A stretch of 49,397 nt of DNA from a virus (Duplodnaviria; Heunggongvirae; Uroviricota; Caudoviricetes), in the IMG/VR virus record IMGVR_UViG_648861009_000005. One strand, given 5' to 3'. A program made the position numbers and the translations under genes. The notes below the pieces were generated by a model. The model was not told where the DNA came from. It worked only from the letters and a program-made list of their open reading frames with translations, and did no database searches. Of this stretch, positions 38,565 to 49,397 are shown piece by piece (the stretch's first letter is position 1; each line of letters starts with the position of its first letter).

Positions 38565-39308
38565 ATGACACAGACTGAATCAGCGATTCTGGCACATGCC
38601 CGGCGGTGTGCGCCTGCGGAGTCGTGCGGCTTCGTGATAAGCACGCCGGAGGGGGAGTGGTATATCCCTTGTGTGAATATTTCCGCGGAGCCGGAGGCGT
38701 ATTTTCGTATCGCACCGGAAGACTGGCTGCGGGCAGAGATGCAGGGGGAGATTGTGGCACTGGTCCACAGTCATCCCGGTGGGCTGCCCTGGCTGAGCGA
38801 GGCTGACCGGCGGCTGCAGATAAAAAGCGCACTGCCCTGGTGGCTGGTCTGCCGGGGTGACATTCACAAATTCCGCTGTGTGCCACATCTGACGGGACGG
38901 CGCTTTGAGCACGGGGTGACGGACTGTTACACGCTGTTCCGGGATGCTTATCATCTGGCGGGGACTGAAATGCCGGATTTTCATCGCGAGGATGACTGGT
39001 GGCGCAACGGCCAGAACCTTTACCTGGACAATATGGCGGTCACCGGCTTTTACCGGGTGCCCCTGTCCTCTGCACAGGCGGGCGATATTCTGCTGTGCTG
39101 CTTTGGTGCTTCGGTACCGAACCATGCCGCCATTTACTGCGGTAACGGTGAGCTGCTTCACCATCTGCCTGAACAACTGAGTAAACGGGAGAGGTATTCC
39201 GAAAAATGGCAACGACGAACGCATTCTGTCTGGCGTCACCGCCACTGGCACGCATCTGCCTTCACGGGGATTTACAACGATTTGGCCGCCGCCTCAGCCT
39301 GTATGTGA
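38565..39308 (+). CDS. K: Tail assembly protein K (JAB/MPN plus NlpC/P60 domains)
   Basis: Similarity to lambda K (ESCGFV, HSHP motifs). Confidence 0.9.
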   Translation: MTQTESAILAHARRCAPAESCGFVISTPEGEWYIPCVNISAEPEAYFRIAPEDWLRAEMQGEIVALVHSHPGGLPWLSEADRRLQIKSALPWWLVCRGDIHKFRCVPHLTGRRFEHGVTDCYTLFRDAYHLAGTEMPDFHREDDWWRNGQNLYLDNMAVTGFYRVPLSSAQAGDILLCCFGASVPNHAAIYCGNGELLHHLPEQLSKRERYSEKWQRRTHSVWRHRHWHASAFTGIYNDLAAASACM

Positions 39309-39886
39309 ACACGGCAGCGGAAGCCATTCGCGCCCTGTCGATGCAGATGCCGGGCTTTCGCCGTCAGATGAACGAAGGCTGGTACCAGATACGTATTGCC
39401 GGTGATGACACGGCACCGGAGGCGGTGTACGCCCGTCTTCACGAACAGCTGGGTGAGGGAACGGTCATCCACATTGTGCCGCGACTGGCCGGGGCCGGAA
39501 AGGGTGGACTGCAGATTGTGCTGGGGGCGGCAGCCATCGTGGGCTCTTTCTTCACGGCCGGTGCCTCGATGGCGTTATGGGGTACAGCCCTGAGTGCCGG
39601 CGGTTTTTCTGCCACCACAATGCTGTTTTCACTGGGTGCCAGCATGATACTGGGCGGTGTGGCCCAGATGCTGGCCCCGAAGGCAAAAACACCGGATTAC
39701 CGCGCAACGGATAACGGCAGACAGAACACGTACTTTTCCTCGCTGGATAACATGATTGCCCAGGGGAACCCGATGCCGGTGCCTTACGGGGAAATGCTGG
39801 TTGGCTCCCGCCGTATATCCCAGGACATCAGCACCCGTGATGAAGGCGGGGGCGGAAAGGTCGTGGTTATCGGGCGGCAGGGGTAA
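39206..39886 (+). CDS. I: Tail assembly protein I
   Basis: Similarity to lambda I (ARICL.GDLQRFGRR, NTYFSSLDNM.AQGN). Confidence 0.9.
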   Translation: MATTNAFCLASPPLARICLHGDLQRFGRRLSLYVNTAAEAIRALSMQMPGFRRQMNEGWYQIRIAGDDTAPEAVYARLHEQLGEGTVIHIVPRLAGAGKGGLQIVLGAAAIVGSFFTAGASMALWGTALSAGGFSATTMLFSLGASMILGGVAQMLAPKAKTPDYRATDNGRQNTYFSSLDNMIAQGNPMPVPYGEMLVGSRRISQDISTRDEGGGGKVVVIGRQG

Positions 39887-39893
39887 AAAGAAT

Positions 39894-39931
39894 AAAAAAA
39901 TCCCGCAGTGATCGCGGACAGGAACTGCGGG
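39894..39931 (-). terminator. Possible minus-strand terminator in the I-J spacer
   Basis: 7-bp stem cccgcag...ctgcggg followed on the minus strand by T7; large loop, so weak. Confidence 0.3.
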
Positions 39932-40099
39932 AGAGTTACGAAGATTAAGTGTAAGGAATTATTCTTATATCACGACAAAAAAATTAACGCAGAGAAATTA
40001 TACGCGCCACAGTCAGTTTGTGAAAATGTGAAGATATTCAGAATTTTTATGCCATTACCGGTTTTAACCAACAGGATTATCGGTGGGCATGAAAGAAAA

Positions 40100-40132
40100 C
40101 CCCGGTATCTGCTGATACCGGGGTTTCTCTTT
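40100..40132 (+). terminator. Strong hairpin / intrinsic terminator (bidirectional) in the I-J spacer
   Basis: 10-bp stem ccccggtatc-tgct-gataccgggg followed by TTTCTCTTT; A-rich on the 5' side. Confidence 0.5.
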
Positions 40133-40229
40133 AGCATGGCAGAAATGTGTTTCATGCTTTTCGGGCGAAGGATATCCGACTTCTGTACGGAATGGCAAGT
40201 GGCGGTTAATTTATTCAGGGGAAGGCTGT

Positions 40230-43200
40230 ATGGGAAAAGGTGGCGGTAAGGCACACACGCCTCGTGAGGCGAAGGATAATCTCAAATCCACGCAGATGAT
40301 GAGCGTGATTGATGCGATTGGTGAGGGACCGATAGAAGGTCCGGTGAAGGGACTGCAGAGTATCCTGGTGAACAAAACCCCGCTGACGGACACGGACGGT
40401 AATCCCGTGATACACGGTGTGACGGCGGTCTGGCGCGCCGGGGAGCAGGAGCAGACACCACCGGAAGGCTTTGAGTCCTCCGGTGCTGAAACCGGACTGG
40501 GCGTGGAAGTGACGAAGGCAAAACCGGTGACGCGCACCATTACGTCCGCGAACATTGACCGCCTGCGGGTTACCTTCGGGGTGCAGTCACTGGTGCAGAC
40601 CACGTCAAAGGGCGACCGTAATCCTTCCTCTGTCCGGATTCTGATTCAGTTACAGCGTAATGGCCGCTGGGTGACGGAAAAGGATGTCACCATTAACGGC
40701 AAGACCACCTCGCAGTTCCTGGCCTCGGTGATTCTGGATAATCTGCCTCCCCGGCCCTTTAACATCCGGATGGTCAGGGAGACGGCGGACAGCACCACGG
40801 ACCAGCTGCAGAATAAGACGCTGTGGTCGTCATACACCGAAATCATCGATGTGAAACAGTGCTACCCGAACACGGCCATTGTGGGGCTGCAGGTGGATGC
40901 GGAGCAGTTCGGCGGCCAGCAGATGACGGTGAACTACCATATCCGCGGTCGCATCATCCAGGTGCCGTCAAACTATGACCCGGAAAAACGCACGTACAGT
41001 GGTATCTGGGACGGCAGTCTGAAACCGGCATACAGCAACAACCCGGCCTGGTGCCTGTGGGACATGCTGACTCACCCGCGCTACGGCATGGGAAAACGTC
41101 TGGGGGCGGCGGATGTGGACAAGTGGGCGCTGTATGCCATCGGGCAGTACTGCGACCAGACGGTCCCGGATGGTTTCGGGGGGACCGAGCCGCGGATGAC
41201 CTTTAATGCGTACCTGGCACAACAGCGTAAGGCGTGGGACGTTCTCAGTGATTTCTGCTCTGCGATGCGCTGTATGCCGGTATGGAACGGCCAGACGCTG
41301 ACGTTCGTTCAGGACCGTCCGTCGGATGTGGTGTGGCCGTACACCAACAGCGATGTGGTGGTGGATGATAACGGCGTGGGTTTCCGCTACAGCTTCAGTG
41401 CCCTGAAGGACCGGCACACGGCAGTGGAGGTGAATTACACCGACCCGCAGAACGGCTGGCAGACCTCCACGGAACTGGTGGAAGACCCGGAAGCCATACT
41501 GCGCTACGGACGCAACCTGCTGAAGATGGACGCGTTCGGCTGTACCAGCCGCGGTCAGGCCCACCGTGCCGGGCTGTGGGTGATAAAGACCGAACTGCTG
41601 GAAACGCAGACGGTGGATTTCACGCTCGGGTCACAGGGGCTGCGTCACACACCCGGTGACATCATTGAAATCTGTGATAACGACTATGCCGGGACCATGA
41701 CCGGCGGACGTGTCCTGTCCATCGATGCCGCCAGCCGTACCCTGACGCTGGACCGGGAGGTGACACTGCCGGAGACCGGCACGGCCACTGTTAATCTGAT
41801 TAACGGCAGCGGTAAGCCGGCGAGCGTGGCCATCACCGCACACCCCGCGCCTGACCGGATACAGGTCAGCACCCTGCCGGATGGTGTGGAGACATACGGT
41901 GTGTGGGGACTCTCCCTGCCGTCACTGCGTCGTCGCCTGTTCCGCTGTGTCTCCATCCGGGAAAACACGGACGGCACCTTTGCCATCACGGCGGTGCAGC
42001 ACGTACCTGAAAAAGAAGCCATCGTGGATAACGGGGCCCGCTTTGAGCCGCAGTCAGACACCCTGAACAGCGTTATCCCACCGGCAGTGCAGCACCTGAC
42101 GGTGGAGGTGAGCGCAGCTGACGGCCAGTATCTGGCGCAGGCTAAATGGGACACGCCGCGGGTGGTGAAGGGCGTGCGCTTCAGTCTGCGCCTGACCAGT
42201 GGTAAGGGAACGGATGCCAGACTGGTGACCACCGCCATCACCGCAGACACGGAGCACCGTTTCAGCGGCCTGCCACTGGGGGAATACACCCTGACGGTGC
42301 GGGCCATTAACAGCTACGGCCAGCAGGGCGAACCTGCGACCACCACCTTCCGGATTGCCGCACCGGCAGCACCGTCGCGGATTGAGCTGACGCCGGGGTA
42401 TTTTCAGATAACGGCGGTCCCGCGTCTTGCGGTGTATGACCCGACGGTACAGTTTGAATTCTGGTTCTCAGAAAAACGCATCACGAACACGGCACAGGTG
42501 GAAAAATCTGCCCGTTATCTGGGGACCGGCAGTCAGTGGACTGTCCAGGGGAGCCGGATTAAGCCGGGGACGGATTTCTGGTTTTACGTGCGAAGCGTCA
42601 ACCTGGTGGGAAAATCTGCTTTTGTGGAAGCCAGCGGGCAGCCCAGCAATGATGGTGAAGGGTATCTGGAAATTTTCCGGGGGCTGATAGATGAGACGCT
42701 TCTGGGCCAGGCACTGAAAGAGCGCATTGATGCTTCAGCGCTGCGTACGGAGGTCACGCAACTGGAAGAAGACATCCGTCAGCGGATGGACACGGATATC
42801 GCAGAAGTGACCCGGAAAATCGGGAAGGCGGAAAACAGCCTCACGCAGCTGGTTGCGAAAAAGAATGAGGACCAGACACTGGCCATCGCGCAGGTGAGCC
42901 AGAAAGTGGACCGGGTGAGCAGTGAAATCTCACAGACTGTCAGCCAGGGGCAGTCAGAAAACGCCCGACAGATAGCACAGGTCCGCCAGTACGTGGATAA
43001 AAAAGGGAGTGAAATTACCTCGACCACGGATAAAAAGCTGGGTGACCAGGCCGTGACCATACAGCAAATCCAGCGGGTTCAGTCAGACACGCGCAATGAG
43101 CTGAATGCCATGTATATGCTGAAGGTGCAGAAAACAAAAAACGGTATTCCCTATGTGGCCGGGATTGGTGCGGGGATTGAGGATGTTGATGGTCAGACGC

Positions 43201-43922
43201 TGAGCAGTATTCTGCTGCAGGCGGACCGTATCGCGATGATTACCCCGGAGAATGGCAACACCACGCCGCTGTTTGTGGCGCAGGGGAATCAGCTGTTCAT
43301 GAACGACGTGTTCCTGAAGCGACTGTTTGCGGTGAGCATCACGTCATCCGGCAATCCTCCTACGTTTTCCCTGACGCCGGATGGCAGGCTGACAGCCCGC
43401 AATGCGGATATCAGTGGAGCCATCACGGCGAATACCGGCACGCTCAATAATGTCACCATTAACGAGAACTGTGTCATCAGAGGGAAACTGTCTGCAAACC
43501 AGATTGAAGGCGATCTCGTTAAAACAGTGGGTAAGGCTTTCCCCCGTGACTCCCGTGCACCGGAGCGTTGGCCATCAGGAACCATTACCGTCAGGGTTTA
43601 TGACGATCAGCCGTTTAACCGGCAGATTGTTATTCCGGCGGTGGCTTTCAGCGGTGCCAGACATGAGCGGGAGAACAGCGATACTTATTCGTCATGCCGC
43701 CTGATAGTACGGAAAAACGGTGCTGAAATTTATAACCGTACCGCGCTGGATAATACGCTGATTTACAGTGGTGTTATTGATATGCCTGCTGGTCGCGGCC
43801 ACATGACGCTGGAGTTTTCTGTATCAGCATGGTGGGTAAATGGCTGGTATCCCACAGCAAGTATCAGCGATTTGCTGGTTGTTGTGATGAAGAAAGCCAC
43901 TGCAGGCATCACGATTAGCTGA
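40230..43922 (+). CDS. J: Tail tip / host-specificity protein J
   Basis: N-terminus nearly identical to lambda J ([22 protein letters not shown]...); 1230 aa with a divergent C-terminal receptor-binding region. Confidence 0.95.
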   Translation: MGKGGGKAHTPREAKDNLKSTQMMSVIDAIGEGPIEGPVKGLQSILVNKTPLTDTDGNPVIHGVTAVWRAGEQEQTPPEGFESSGAETGLGVEVTKAKPVTRTITSANIDRLRVTFGVQSLVQTTSKGDRNPSSVRILIQLQRNGRWVTEKDVTINGKTTSQFLASVILDNLPPRPFNIRMVRETADSTTDQLQNKTLWSSYTEIIDVKQCYPNTAIVGLQVDAEQFGGQQMTVNYHIRGRIIQVPSNYDPEKRTYSGIWDGSLKPAYSNNPAWCLWDMLTHPRYGMGKRLGAADVDKWALYAIGQYCDQTVPDGFGGTEPRMTFNAYLAQQRKAWDVLSDFCSAMRCMPVWNGQTLTFVQDRPSDVVWPYTNSDVVVDDNGVGFRYSFSALKDRHTAVEVNYTDPQNGWQTSTELVEDPEAILRYGRNLLKMDAFGCTSRGQAHRAGLWVIKTELLETQTVDFTLGSQGLRHTPGDIIEICDNDYAGTMTGGRVLSIDAASRTLTLDREVTLPETGTATVNLINGSGKPASVAITAHPAPDRIQVSTLPDGVETYGVWGLSLPSLRRRLFRCVSIRENTDGTFAITAVQHVPEKEAIVDNGARFEPQSDTLNSVIPPAVQHLTVEVSAADGQYLAQAKWDTPRVVKGVRFSLRLTSGKGTDARLVTTAITADTEHRFSGLPLGEYTLTVRAINSYGQQGEPATTTFRIAAPAAPSRIELTPGYFQITAVPRLAVYDPTVQFEFWFSEKRITNTAQVEKSARYLGTGSQWTVQGSRIKPGTDFWFYVRSVNLVGKSAFVEASGQPSNDGEGYLEIFRGLIDETLLGQALKERIDASALRTEVTQLEEDIRQRMDTDIAEVTRKIGKAENSLTQLVAKKNEDQTLAIAQVSQKVDRVSSEISQTVSQGQSENARQIAQVRQYVDKKGSEITSTTDKKLGDQAVTIQQIQRVQSDTRNELNAMYMLKVQKTKNGIPYVAGIGAGIEDVDGQTLSSILLQADRIAMITPENGNTTPLFVAQGNQLFMNDVFLKRLFAVSITSSGNPPTFSLTPDGRLTARNADISGAITANTGTLNNVTINENCVIRGKLSANQIEGDLVKTVGKAFPRDSRAPERWPSGTITVRVYDDQPFNRQIVIPAVAFSGARHERENSDTYSSCRLIVRKNGAEIYNRTALDNTLIYSGVIDMPAGRGHMTLEFSVSAWWVNGWYPTASISDLLVVVMKKATAGITIS

Positions 43923-43989
43923 ATTTTATAACCCCAATACGGGCGCCAGAAATGGCGCCTTTTTTATTGCAGAAAAGCGAGAGGTAATT

Positions 43990-44589
43990 ATGCGTAAAGT
44001 TTGTGCAGCCATTTTGTCCGCAGCCATCTGTCTGTCCGTATCCGGTGCGCCTGCATGGGCGTCTGAACATCAGCCCACACTGAGCGCGGGGTATCTTCAT
44101 GCCCGTACGAACGCTCCCGGCAGCGATAATCTGAACGGGATTAACGTGAAATACCGTTATGAGTTTACGGACGCGCTGGGGCTGATTACGTCCTTCAGTT
44201 ATGCCAATGCTGAGGATGAGCAAAAAACGCACTACAGCGATACCCGCTGGCATGAAGATTCCGTGCGTAACCGCTGGTTCAGCGTGATGGCGGGGCCGTC
44301 TGTACGCGTGAATGAATGGTTCAGCGCGTATGCGATGGTGGGTGTGGCTTACAGCCGTGTGTCGACTTTCTCCGGGGATTATCTCCGCGTAACTGACAAC
44401 AAGGGGAAAACGCACGATGTGCTGACCGGAAGTGATGACGGTCGCCACAGCAACACGTCTCTGGCGTGGGGGGCTGGCGTGCAGTTTAACCCGACCGAAT
44501 CCGTAACCATTGACCTTGCTTATGAAGGTTCCGGTAGTGGCGACTGGCGAACGGATGCATTTATTGTTGGTATCGGATACCGTTTCTGA
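43990..44589 (+). CDS. lom: Outer-membrane protein Lom (Ail/Lom family)
   Basis: Signal peptide; GINVKYRYE, SVMAGP, AYAMVGVA, YEGSGSGDWRTD.FIVG.GY.F match lambda Lom. Confidence 0.9.
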   Translation: MRKVCAAILSAAICLSVSGAPAWASEHQPTLSAGYLHARTNAPGSDNLNGINVKYRYEFTDALGLITSFSYANAEDEQKTHYSDTRWHEDSVRNRWFSVMAGPSVRVNEWFSAYAMVGVAYSRVSTFSGDYLRVTDNKGKTHDVLTGSDDGRHSNTSLAWGAGVQFNPTESVTIDLAYEGSGSGDWRTDAFIVGIGYRF

Positions 44590-44740
44590 CAACAGACGCC
44601 GATTTATCTTCTGTAAATATTGTTATGATACGCAGGTTCATCCACCTTATGGGGTGAACTGCGTTTGAGGAAACGTAAAGTTACACTGTCCTGAAGCCCG
44701 TGGCGTCACTGCTGCGGGCTTTTTTTATTGGTGGAAAAGT

Positions 44741-47700
44741 ATGACAGTAAAAATTTCTGGCGTGCTTAAAGATGGCACAGGAAAACCAGTACAGAACTGC
44801 ACCATTGTGCTGAAGGCCAGACGAACCAGCAGCACGGTGGTGGTGAACACGGTGGCCTCTGAAAATCCGGATGAAGCCGGACGTTACAGCATGGATGTTG
44901 AGCATGGCCAGTACAGCGTCACCCTGCTGGTTGAAGGTTTTCCGCCTTCACATGCCGGGACCATTACCGTCTATGAAGGTTCCAGACCAGGTACGCTGAA
45001 TGATTTTCTCGGTGCCATGACGGAGGATGATGTCCGACCGGAGGCACTGCGCCGCTTTGAGCAGATGGTGGAAGAGGTGTCACGTAACGCCTCCGCGGTT
45101 GCACAGAATACGGCAGCCGCGAAAAAATCAGCCAGCGATGCCAGTGCATCAGCCAGCGAGGCGGCAACTCATGCAACCGATGCTGCAGCCTCAGCACGTG
45201 CCGCCAGCACGTCAGCCGGACAGGCCGCGTCGTCGGCTCAGTCAGCGTCTTCCAGCGCAGGAACGGCATCGACAAAGGCCCGTGAAGCAGCAAAAAGTGC
45301 TGCTGCTGCAGAGTCATCAAAAAGCGCGGCAGCTACCAGCGCCAGTGCCGCGAAAACGTCAGAAACGAATGCCGCAGCATCACAAAAATCGGCAGCCACT
45401 TCTGCATCCACAGCGACCATGAAGGCGTCAGAAGCTGCCACCTCGGCACGGGGTGCGGCGGCCTCAAAAGAGGCAGCGAAATCTTCAGAAACGAATGCAT
45501 CATCAAGTGCCAGTAGTGCAGCTTCCTCGGCAACGGCGGCAGGAAATTCCGCGAAGGCGGCAAAAACGTCCGAGACGAACGCTAAGTCTTCTGAAACAGC
45601 AGCGGGACAGAGCGCCTCAGCTGCGGCAGGTTCAAAAACAGCGGCTGCATTATCTGCCAGTGCCGCGTCAACAAGTGCCGGGCAGGCCTCAGCCAGTGCC
45701 ACCGCCGCCGGAAAATCGGCAGAAAGCGCCGCATCATCCGCTTCAACAGCCACAACGAAGGCTGGCAAAGCCACTGAGCAAGCCACTGCAGCAGCGAGGT
45801 CTGCTTCTGCAGCAAAAACCTCTGAAACAAATGCAAAGACTTCAGCAGACAATGCTGCTTCCTCTAAGGCGGCAGCCGCATCGTCAGCCAGTTCAGCGGC
45901 GTCATCGGCATCATCTGCGTCTGCTTCAAAAGATGAGGCGACCAGACAAGCGTCAGCAGCGAAAGGTAGTGCCACGACAGCAACAACGAAAGCATCAGAG
46001 GCGGCAGGCAGTGCGACGGCTGCATCTCAGAGCAAAGTTGCTGCTGAATCCGCGGCAACGCGCGCCGAGACAGCAGCAAAACGGGCAGAGGATATTGCAT
46101 CCGCCGTGGCGCTGGAGGATGCGAGCACGACGAAAAAGGGGATAGTACAGCTCAGCAGTGCAACAAACAGCACCAGTGAAAAGCTGGCGGCAACGCCAAA
46201 GGCAGTTAAAACTGTTAAAGATAGTTCAGTTCAAAAAACTGGCGACACAATGGGAGGGCAGTTAAAAATCAGCACGATAAATGCTCTTCGAATATTCAAC
46301 CAAGCCTTTGGCCTTATTTTTAGGCGTTCCGAAGATCATCTTCATCTTATTCCGACTAATGAAGGGGAGGGGGAAAATGGAGACATCGGTTCATTAAGAC
46401 CATTCTCTATAAACTTAAGATCAGGGTTGGTGTCCATCGGTAATGGACTAAAAGTTGGTGGTAGTGTTACTGGTAATTTGACCGGAAACGCAGATACTGC
46501 GACCAAGATCAAGACAGCACGTAAGATTGGGGGCGTGGCATTTGATGGATCGGCAGATATCAACTTGCCTGGAGTCAACGCTACCGGTAATCAAAACACT
46601 ACAGGTAATGCTGCGACCGCCACGAAACTTCAGGCAGCCAGAACGATTAACGGTGTGTCATTTGATGGTAGTGCAAATATCACATTGACCCCTTCAAATA
46701 TTGGGGCATTGGCATTAACTGGAGGGACTCTTTCAGGTGGTTTAACTGCTGCTGGTGAGGTTATTTCAAGGTCAGCAAATGGTCTGCGTATTGCCTATGG
46801 CAACTATGGATTCTTTATCCGAAATGATGGATCAAACACATATTTTATGTTGACAGATTCGGGTAACAGTCTTGGTACGCACAATAGCTTAAGGCCGTTT
46901 ATAATTAGTAACCATACTGGCAATGTTACAATTGCAACTAAATTAAACGCGAGTGGTGGTATCACTGGATCTTTATCGGGTAATGCAAGCACAGCAACCA
47001 AATTGCAAACTGCAAGGACAATTAACGGCGTAAAATTTGACGGCTCGGCAAATATTGAAGCGTTTCCGCCAGGTGTTCCGCTGCCGTGGCCATCAGATAC
47101 ACCACCTGCAGGTTATGCGATCATGCAGGGGCAGACGTTTGATAAGGCAGCATATCCGAAACTGGCTATTGCCTATCCTTCAGGTGTTATTCCAGATATG
47201 CGCGGCTGGACAATCAAGGGCAAACCCGCCAGTGGCCGGGCCGTATTGTCTCAGGAACAGGACGGCATAAAATCGCACACCCACAGCGCCAGCGCATCCA
47301 GTACGGATTTGGGGACGAAAACCACATCGTCGTTTGATTACGGCACTAAATCCACGAATAACACCGGGGCGCATACGCACAGTCTGAGTGGCTCTACGGG
47401 GTCTGCCGGTGTTCATACTCATGGTAATGGTATTCGTTGGCCAGGAGGCGGCGGTTCTGCGTTAGCATTTTATGATGGCGGTGGGTTCACTTATGTCCAG
47501 AATTCACAGTATCAAGTAAGCCCGGAGACTTCTTCCTATAGATCGTATTATCAACGTATTCAGACACAGTCAGCAGGTGCTCATACCCACTCGCTGTCTG
47601 GTACTGCAGCAAGTTCTGGCGCACATGCACATACTGTAGGTATTGGTGCGCATACGCACTCCGTTGCGATTGGTTCACATGGACACACCATCACCGTTAA

Positions 47701-47767
47701 CGCTGCGGGTAACGCGGAAAACACCGTCAAAAACATCGCATTTAACTATATTGTGAGGCTTGCATAA
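44741..47767 (+). CDS. stf: Side tail fibre protein Stf
   Basis: N-terminus near-identical to lambda Stf ([20 protein letters not shown]); Ala/Ser-rich repeats; His-rich C-terminal repeats ending [18 protein letters not shown]. Confidence 0.9.
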   Translation: MTVKISGVLKDGTGKPVQNCTIVLKARRTSSTVVVNTVASENPDEAGRYSMDVEHGQYSVTLLVEGFPPSHAGTITVYEGSRPGTLNDFLGAMTEDDVRPEALRRFEQMVEEVSRNASAVAQNTAAAKKSASDASASASEAATHATDAAASARAASTSAGQAASSAQSASSSAGTASTKAREAAKSAAAAESSKSAAATSASAAKTSETNAAASQKSAATSASTATMKASEAATSARGAAASKEAAKSSETNASSSASSAASSATAAGNSAKAAKTSETNAKSSETAAGQSASAAAGSKTAAALSASAASTSAGQASASATAAGKSAESAASSASTATTKAGKATEQATAAARSASAAKTSETNAKTSADNAASSKAAAASSASSAASSASSASASKDEATRQASAAKGSATTATTKASEAAGSATAASQSKVAAESAATRAETAAKRAEDIASAVALEDASTTKKGIVQLSSATNSTSEKLAATPKAVKTVKDSSVQKTGDTMGGQLKISTINALRIFNQAFGLIFRRSEDHLHLIPTNEGEGENGDIGSLRPFSINLRSGLVSIGNGLKVGGSVTGNLTGNADTATKIKTARKIGGVAFDGSADINLPGVNATGNQNTTGNAATATKLQAARTINGVSFDGSANITLTPSNIGALALTGGTLSGGLTAAGEVISRSANGLRIAYGNYGFFIRNDGSNTYFMLTDSGNSLGTHNSLRPFIISNHTGNVTIATKLNASGGITGSLSGNASTATKLQTARTINGVKFDGSANIEAFPPGVPLPWPSDTPPAGYAIMQGQTFDKAAYPKLAIAYPSGVIPDMRGWTIKGKPASGRAVLSQEQDGIKSHTHSASASSTDLGTKTTSSFDYGTKSTNNTGAHTHSLSGSTGSAGVHTHGNGIRWPGGGGSALAFYDGGGFTYVQNSQYQVSPETSSYRSYYQRIQTQSAGAHTHSLSGTAASSGAHAHTVGIGAHTHSVAIGSHGHTITVNAAGNAENTVKNIAFNYIVRLA

Positions 47768-48351
47768 TGGCATTCAGAATGAGTGAACAAGCACGGACCA
47801 TAAAAATTTATAATCTGCTGGCCGGAACTAATGAATTTATTGGTGAAGGTGACGCATATATTCCGCCTCATACAGGTCTGCCAGCAAACAGTACCGATAT
47901 TGCACCACCAGATATTCCTGCTGGCTTTGTGGCTGTTTTCAACAGTGATGAGGCATCGTGGCATCTCGTTGAAGACCATCGGGGGAAAACGGTTTATGAC
48001 GTAGCGTCAGGGGACGAGTTATTTATTTCTGAACTCGGTCCGTTACCGGAAAATGTTACCTGGTTATCGCCGGAAGGGGAGTTTCAGAAGTGGAACGGCA
48101 CAGCCTGGGTGAAGGATACGGAAGCAGAAAAACTGTTCCGGATCCGGGAGGCGGAAGAAACAAAAAACAACCTGATGCAGGTAGCCAGTGAGCATATTGC
48201 GCCGCTTCAGGATGCTGCAGATCTGGAAATTGCAACGGAGGAAGAAACCTCATTGCTGGAAGCCTGGAAAAAGTATCGGGTGTTGCTGAACCGTGTTGAT
48301 ACATCAACTGCACCTGATATTGAGTGGCCTACGAACCCTGTCAGGGAGTAA
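47767..48351 (+). CDS. tfa: Tail fibre assembly protein Tfa
   Basis: Size and position match lambda Tfa; start overlaps the stf stop. Confidence 0.85.
   Translation: MAFRMSEQARTIKIYNLLAGTNEFIGEGDAYIPPHTGLPANSTDIAPPDIPAGFVAVFNSDEASWHLVEDHRGKTVYDVASGDELFISELGPLPENVTWLSPEGEFQKWNGTAWVKDTEAEKLFRIREAEETKNNLMQVASEHIAPLQDAADLEIATEEETSLLEAWKKYRVLLNRVDTSTAPDIEWPTNPVRE
48190..48351 (+). repeat. Direct repeat, copy 1 (tfa 3' end); copy 2 at 49235-49397
   Basis: About 160 bp with roughly 88% nucleotide identity flanking the methyltransferase gene. Confidence 0.8.
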
Positions 48352-48405
48352 TCATTGGGATTATGCCGCAGCACGTCTTAAGCAAGAACGTGCTGCGGTT
48401 GGATG

Positions 48406-49074
48406 CTATTTTTTCCCTGAAGCGGAAAACATTACTACAGTACCTTGAACCTTGGTTTTAACATTCTCGAAATGCTCTGAGAGTATATGTGTTAAGCCTT
48501 CTTCGGAATCTTTTGTGTTTGAAAAGATGCCTTTCTGATTGTAAATGCGCATCAGTTTTTGACCGAAGCTATTGTGCACAACTCCATCGCCAAGAATTGT
48601 GGCTCCGTATAGAGTTCCATCGTCAGTTAAGGCCTGCGCCGCATTGCGTATTACACAGCTTTTTGTAGATATATTTCCAGGCAGGCAGTGAAGAAGGTAA
48701 AACATGGAAATGGAATCAAATTGACCATGTAACGCCGCGGGATAAGGTTCAAAAACATCATGGCTAATTTTATGTTTAATTTTTGATTCCCCAGCCCTTG
48801 TAGATGCCGCGTTCAGGCTAGCTTCGTTCAAATCCATTAAAGATATCAGACTACTCTCAGGTACGTGAGTAAGGTAAAACCCAGTTCCAACACCAATATC
48901 CAGATGGTTGTTACCTACATGTTCCAGAAAGTGTGGAAGAAGGTGTTCCTTTGTAGGACATCCCCATGCAAGCCGATTTGATACTCCCAAAACCCACCAG
49001 TCATAAAGCTTTAGGGTAAGTGGTGTGTAAATTTTAGCCCCATCATCTGTGTTTTTTTTCATTGATTTCACCAT
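48406..49074 (-). CDS. Class I SAM-dependent methyltransferase (substrate unknown)
   Basis: LDIGVGTG glycine-rich motif I; low-GC gene on the opposite strand; the ATG at 49062 with GGTGA RBS may be the true start. Confidence 0.6.
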   Translation of the reverse strand: MVKSMKKNTDDGAKIYTPLTLKLYDWWVLGVSNRLAWGCPTKEHLLPHFLEHVGNNHLDIGVGTGFYLTHVPESSLISLMDLNEASLNAASTRAGESKIKHKISHDVFEPYPAALHGQFDSISMFYLLHCLPGNISTKSCVIRNAAQALTDDGTLYGATILGDGVVHNSFGQKLMRIYNQKGIFSNTKDSEEGLTHILSEHFENVKTKVQGTVVMFSASGKK

Positions 49075-49130
49075 GTTATAGTTTTATTTGTGAATTAAAT
49101 CAATTATGGCGATGAATTACAAGGGGTTAA

Positions 49131-49397
49131 ATGCTGCCGCAGCATAGCGATATTGAAATAGCCTGGTATGCTTCGATACAGCAGGAGCCGAATGACTGGA
49201 AGACCGTCACCACACAGTTCCACATCCAGGAATTCAGTGAGTATATTGCGCCACTGCAGGATGCTGTAGATCTGGAAATCGCAACGGCGGAAGAAAGATC
49301 GTTGCTGGAGGCATGGAATAAATATCGGGTATTGTTGAATCGTGTTGATACATCAACTGCACCTGATATTGAGTGGCCGACTTCACCTGCAGAGTAA
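49131..49397 (+). CDS. Tfa-like tail fibre assembly protein (short, C-terminal domain only)
   Basis: 88 aa; C-terminal 55 aa about 85% identical to the Tfa C-terminus ([41 protein letters not shown]). Confidence 0.6.
   Translation: MLPQHSDIEIAWYASIQQEPNDWKTVTTQFHIQEFSEYIAPLQDAVDLEIATAEERSLLEAWNKYRVLLNRVDTSTAPDIEWPTSPAE

Larger units (their letters stand above)
1..49397. mobile_element. Lambdoid prophage, near-complete (int through tail fibres); attL expected just left of position 1, attR beyond the right edge
   Basis: Lambda-like gene order across the whole window, with an internal cos site at 23923-23934. Confidence 0.9.

Noticed and set aside
39908-40254. Plus-strand 113-aa and minus-strand 94-aa ORFs in the I-J spacer
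   Set aside because: Both read through the strong hairpin, lack convincing RBS, and the plus ORF overlaps the J start; the spacer is reported as a finding but these protein models are not adopted.
40968-42307. Minus-strand ORFs of about 200 aa inside J
   Set aside because: Antisense to a strongly conserved tail gene; high GC makes long spurious ORFs likely.
45238-46145. Long Ala/Pro/Arg-rich ORFs on both strands within stf
   Set aside because: Alternative-frame readings of the GC-rich Ala/Ser-repeat region of the side tail fibre gene; low-complexity, no start context.
1-49397. CRISPR arrays, restriction-modification pairs, IS elements
   Set aside because: No spaced direct-repeat arrays, no transposase-like ORFs or terminal inverted repeats, and no endonuclease partner next to the methyltransferase were seen within the window.

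Overview
The window is almost entirely one lambdoid prophage of an Escherichia/Enterobacteriaceae-type host, running from the integrase stop codon (position 1) to the tail-fibre region at the right edge. Both attachment sites lie outside the window. Gene order is classical lambda: int-xis-exonuclease | DicA/DicC (Qin-type) immunity with DicB and a DicF-like sRNA | O/P-like replication | nin-like accessory block with hok toxin, DUF968, RusA and Q | phage-21-type lysis cassette (pinholin, SAR endolysin, Rz/Rz1) | cos | lambda-like head and tail genes Nu1 to J | lom, stf, tfa. All calls rest on reading the ORF translations and on recalled similarity to lambda, phage 21 and E. coli K-12 Qin proteins; no database search was run. 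The best candidates for undescribed cargo are a 296-aa protein inserted between holin and endolysin, a TonB-C-domain lipoprotein at the bor position, an AT-rich island between Q and the holin, small membrane-protein genes between R and Rz, a hairpin-bounded insertion between tail genes I and J, and a low-GC SAM methyltransferase bracketed by repeats of the tfa 3' end. No canonical defence system (RM, CRISPR, Cas, retron) is recognisable. Three N-runs are each flanked by exact duplications and look like scaffolding artefacts.
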